NCBI RefSeq assembly: GCF_030144855.1
Contig: NC_082707.1
Span: 154,132,001-154,196,000 of the forward strand
From: Hypanus sabinus
Lineage: Eukaryota
Length of the DNA: 64,000 bases
Reading direction: 5' to 3'
Part shown: piece after piece, positions 61,065 to 64,000 of the stretch
How positions within the stretch are numbered: the first letter of the stretch is position 1
How the letters are laid out: every line of letters starts with the position of its first letter
Made by a program: the position numbers and the translations under genes
Notes under the pieces: generated by a model
Database searches by the model: none
The model's input: the letters and a program-made list of their open reading frames with translations, nothing else
Told to the model about the DNA's origin: nothing

Positions 61065-64000
61065 GTCATAGAGTCAAGGAAAAATACAGCTTAGAAGTAG
61101 GTCCTTCAGCCCACCCAATCTGTACAAAGCTATTTAAACTGGCTACTCCATTGACCCGCACTGGAACCATAACCCTCCATTTCCCTACCATTCATATACC
61201 TATTCAATCTTCTTTTAAAAGTTGAAATTGAGCTGACATGCACCATTTTTGCTGCCAGCTTATTCCACCCTCTCACAGCCCTGAGTGAAGAAGATTCCTC
61301 TCGTGCTCCCCTTAAACCTTTCACATTTAACTCATGACCTCTGGTTGCATCTCACCAAATCTCAGTGGAAAAAGCCTGCTTACATTTATCCTATCTACAC
61401 CCATCACGATTTTGTATACCTCTTATCAAATCTCCTCAATCTTCCACACTCCAAGGAATAAAGTCCTAACTTATTCAATATTTCCTTACATTCCAGGAAT
61501 ATCCATATATATTTTACCTTTACTCTTACAACTTCATTTACATCTTTCCTGCAGGTTGTAAACTACACACAATACTCCAAATCAGGCCTCCCCAACATCT
61601 TATACTACTTCAAAAGAATAACTCGTCTCCTGTACGCAATACTTTGATATATGAAGGACAATGTGCCAAAAGCTTCCTTTACAACCCTATCTACCTCTGA
61701 CGCCACATTCAATGAATTATGCACCTGTATTCCCAGATCCCTTTGTTTTACAGCATTTCTCAGTGTCCTATTGTTCATGGTGTAAGAACCACCATGCTTG
61801 GTCCTACCAAAATACAACACCTAGCACTTGGCTGCATTAAGCTCCATCTGACATTTTTCAGCCTATTTTTCCACCTGGTCCACATCCCACTGAAAGCCTT
61901 GATAGCCTTCCTCACTAGGAAATCTGACTGCATGCGCAACTGTATTGTCACCTGCAAATTTCCTGATCCAGTTAACCACAGTATCATCAAGAGCTTGATA
62001 TGGATGGCAAACGACAACGGACCCATCACCAATTCCTGTGGCACTCTACTAATCACAGGCGTCCAGTCAGTGAGGCAACCATCTACTACCACGCTCCAGC
62101 TTCTCCCACAAAGCTAACAGAATTTATTAATTATTAATAAGTCTAATAGAATTTACTAACACATCTTGAATGCCAAGCGAATGAACCTTCTTGACCAACC
62201 TCCCATGCAGGACCTTGTCAAATACCTTGCTAAAGTCCACATAGACAACATCCACTGCCCTGTCTTCATCACTTTCCTGGTAACTTTCTCGAGAAATAAC
62301 CTACCATACACAAAGCCATGCTGACTATCCTTAATCAGTTCAAGTCAATCCAAATACTCAGATATATGGTTCCTTCGAATACCTTTCAATAACTTTCCCG
62401 CTACTGATATCATACTCACTGGCCTATAATTTCCTGGTTTATTTTTAGAGCCTTTATTCACTGGCAGGTAAACATTTACAATCCTCCATTCCTCTGGTCC
62501 TCACTTTTCACTAGGGATGATTTAACTATGCCTGCTAGGGCCCTGGCAACTTCTGCAATGCCTTTGTCCAAGAAAACACCTTGTCAGACCCTGGGGATTT
62601 ACCCACAACAAGACAAGACAAGGCAACAAACACCTCCTCCCCTGTAATCTGTAAAGGATCCATGAAGTTGATGCCACTTTGCCTCACTTCTGTGTCCCTC
62701 TCCTGGATAAATACAGAAGCAAAGATTTCATTCAACCCCTACCTCTTTTGGCTCCACACATGGATTACCATTCTGATCCTCCAGAGCACCAATTCTGCTC
62801 TTTGCAATCATTTTACTTTTAAGGTATCTGTAGAATCCCTCAGGATCCTCCTTTTTCTTGTCTGCTAGGCAACCTCATGCCTTCTTTTAGCCCTCCTGAT
62901 TTCTTTCTTAAGTGTTCCTTGCACTTCTTATAATCCAGAAGTAACTCATTTGTTCCTACCTGCCTACACCTTCCATACACCCATTTTTCTTAACCAGGGC
63001 TTCAATATCTCTTGAAAACCAAGGTTCCCTACACTTGCTATCCTTAATTTTTAAGCTCTGTACTCCTACATTTTCACTTTTGAAGGCCTCCCACTTTCCA
63101 AGTATACCTTTGCCAGAAAACAGCCTTTCCCAATCCACTTGCCAGATCCTTCCCGAGACCATCAAAGTTGGCCTTTCTCCAATTTAGAACCTCAACCTGC
63201 AGACCAGACCAATCTTTTTGCATATTCACTTTGAAACTAATGGCATTGTGATCCCTAGATGCAAGGTGTTCCCCCACACAAACTTCTGTTTCGCTCCCTA
63301 ACAGCAGATCAAGCGTCACACACTCTCTTGTTGGTACTTCTATATACTGATTAAAGAACCTTTCCTGTACATATCTGACAAACTCTATCCTTTTACAGTG
63401 TGGGAGTCACACTCAGTATGTAGAAAGTTAAATCACCTACTATAACAGCCTCATGTTACTTGCAAAGGTCAGCAATCTCTCTACAAATCTGTTTCTATAA
63501 ATCCCTCTGACTGTTGGGCAGTCTGTAATATAGCCCCATTCACATGATCATACCTTTCTTATTTCTCATTTCCATCCATAACACCTCAATGAGTTCTCCC
63601 GTCTATCCTGGCTGAGCATTGCCGTGGCATTTTCCCTGATTAGCAATGCAGCCTCTCCTTTAACCCCTTCTGCCCTGTCACATCCAAAACAATGAAACCT
63701 CAGAATATTGAGCTGCTAGTTGGGGCACTTCTGCAACCAAGTCTCACTAATGGCTACAATATCATAATTCCAGGTGTTGACCCATGTCCTGATCTCATTG
63801 GTCTTTCCTATGATACTTGCATTGAAACATATGCAGTTCAGGACAATGTTTGCACTATGCTCAATCGTTTCGTTTCTGACTTTGCCCCAGGTCTTGCCAA
63901 CATTTGTCTTCACAATCTTTCCACCATCTGTTCTGGAACTCTGGTTCCCATCCCCCTGCAAATGTTCTATTCTTACTAATTTTCCAATGTACATTTGTAC
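61065..64000 (-). mobile_element. CR1-type LINE, about 3 kb of decayed ORF2 (APE to RT C-terminus)
   Basis: CFNASIIGK..EIRTWV.TWNYDIVAISETWL, LDLLLG, DHNAISF, NWRKANFD and VISRVPQELVMGP remnants with many frameshifts. Confidence 0.88.

Overview
Vertebrate nuclear DNA. The repeat repertoire (CR1 LINEs, V-SINEs, Penelope 3' ends) suggests a cartilaginous fish, probably a ray; this is inference. The window holds the conserved block JKAMP(-) / L3HYPDH(+) / GPR135(+) / DAAM1(-, 3' part), in the same order and relative orientation as human 14q23. JKAMP has 7 coding exons (23576-23579, 6864-6952, 5664-5818, 4179-4385, 2788-2969, 2330-2406, 1141-1359; 310 aa). L3HYPDH has 5 (23710-24190, 25671-25846, 26792-26914, 29253-29390, 29507-29632; 347 aa). 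Their start codons are only 130 bp apart in a CpG island. GPR135 is a single-exon CDS. JKAMP intron 1 (about 16.6 kb) is a nest of transposons: a MER2/Tigger-like element, an LTR fragment, Chapaev3-like, I/Nimb-like LINE and Tc1 remnants, a large Neptune-type Penelope element rich in CCCTAA repeats, and a very young gag-less Gypsy element inserted into it. Top observation: the L3HYPDH orthologue has a Cys/Cys catalytic pair (MCGH + DRSPCGSG) rather than the Cys/Thr pair of the human dehydratase, which predicts a vertebrate proline/hydroxyproline racemase-epimerase. Repeat family names come from recalled motifs, not database searches.
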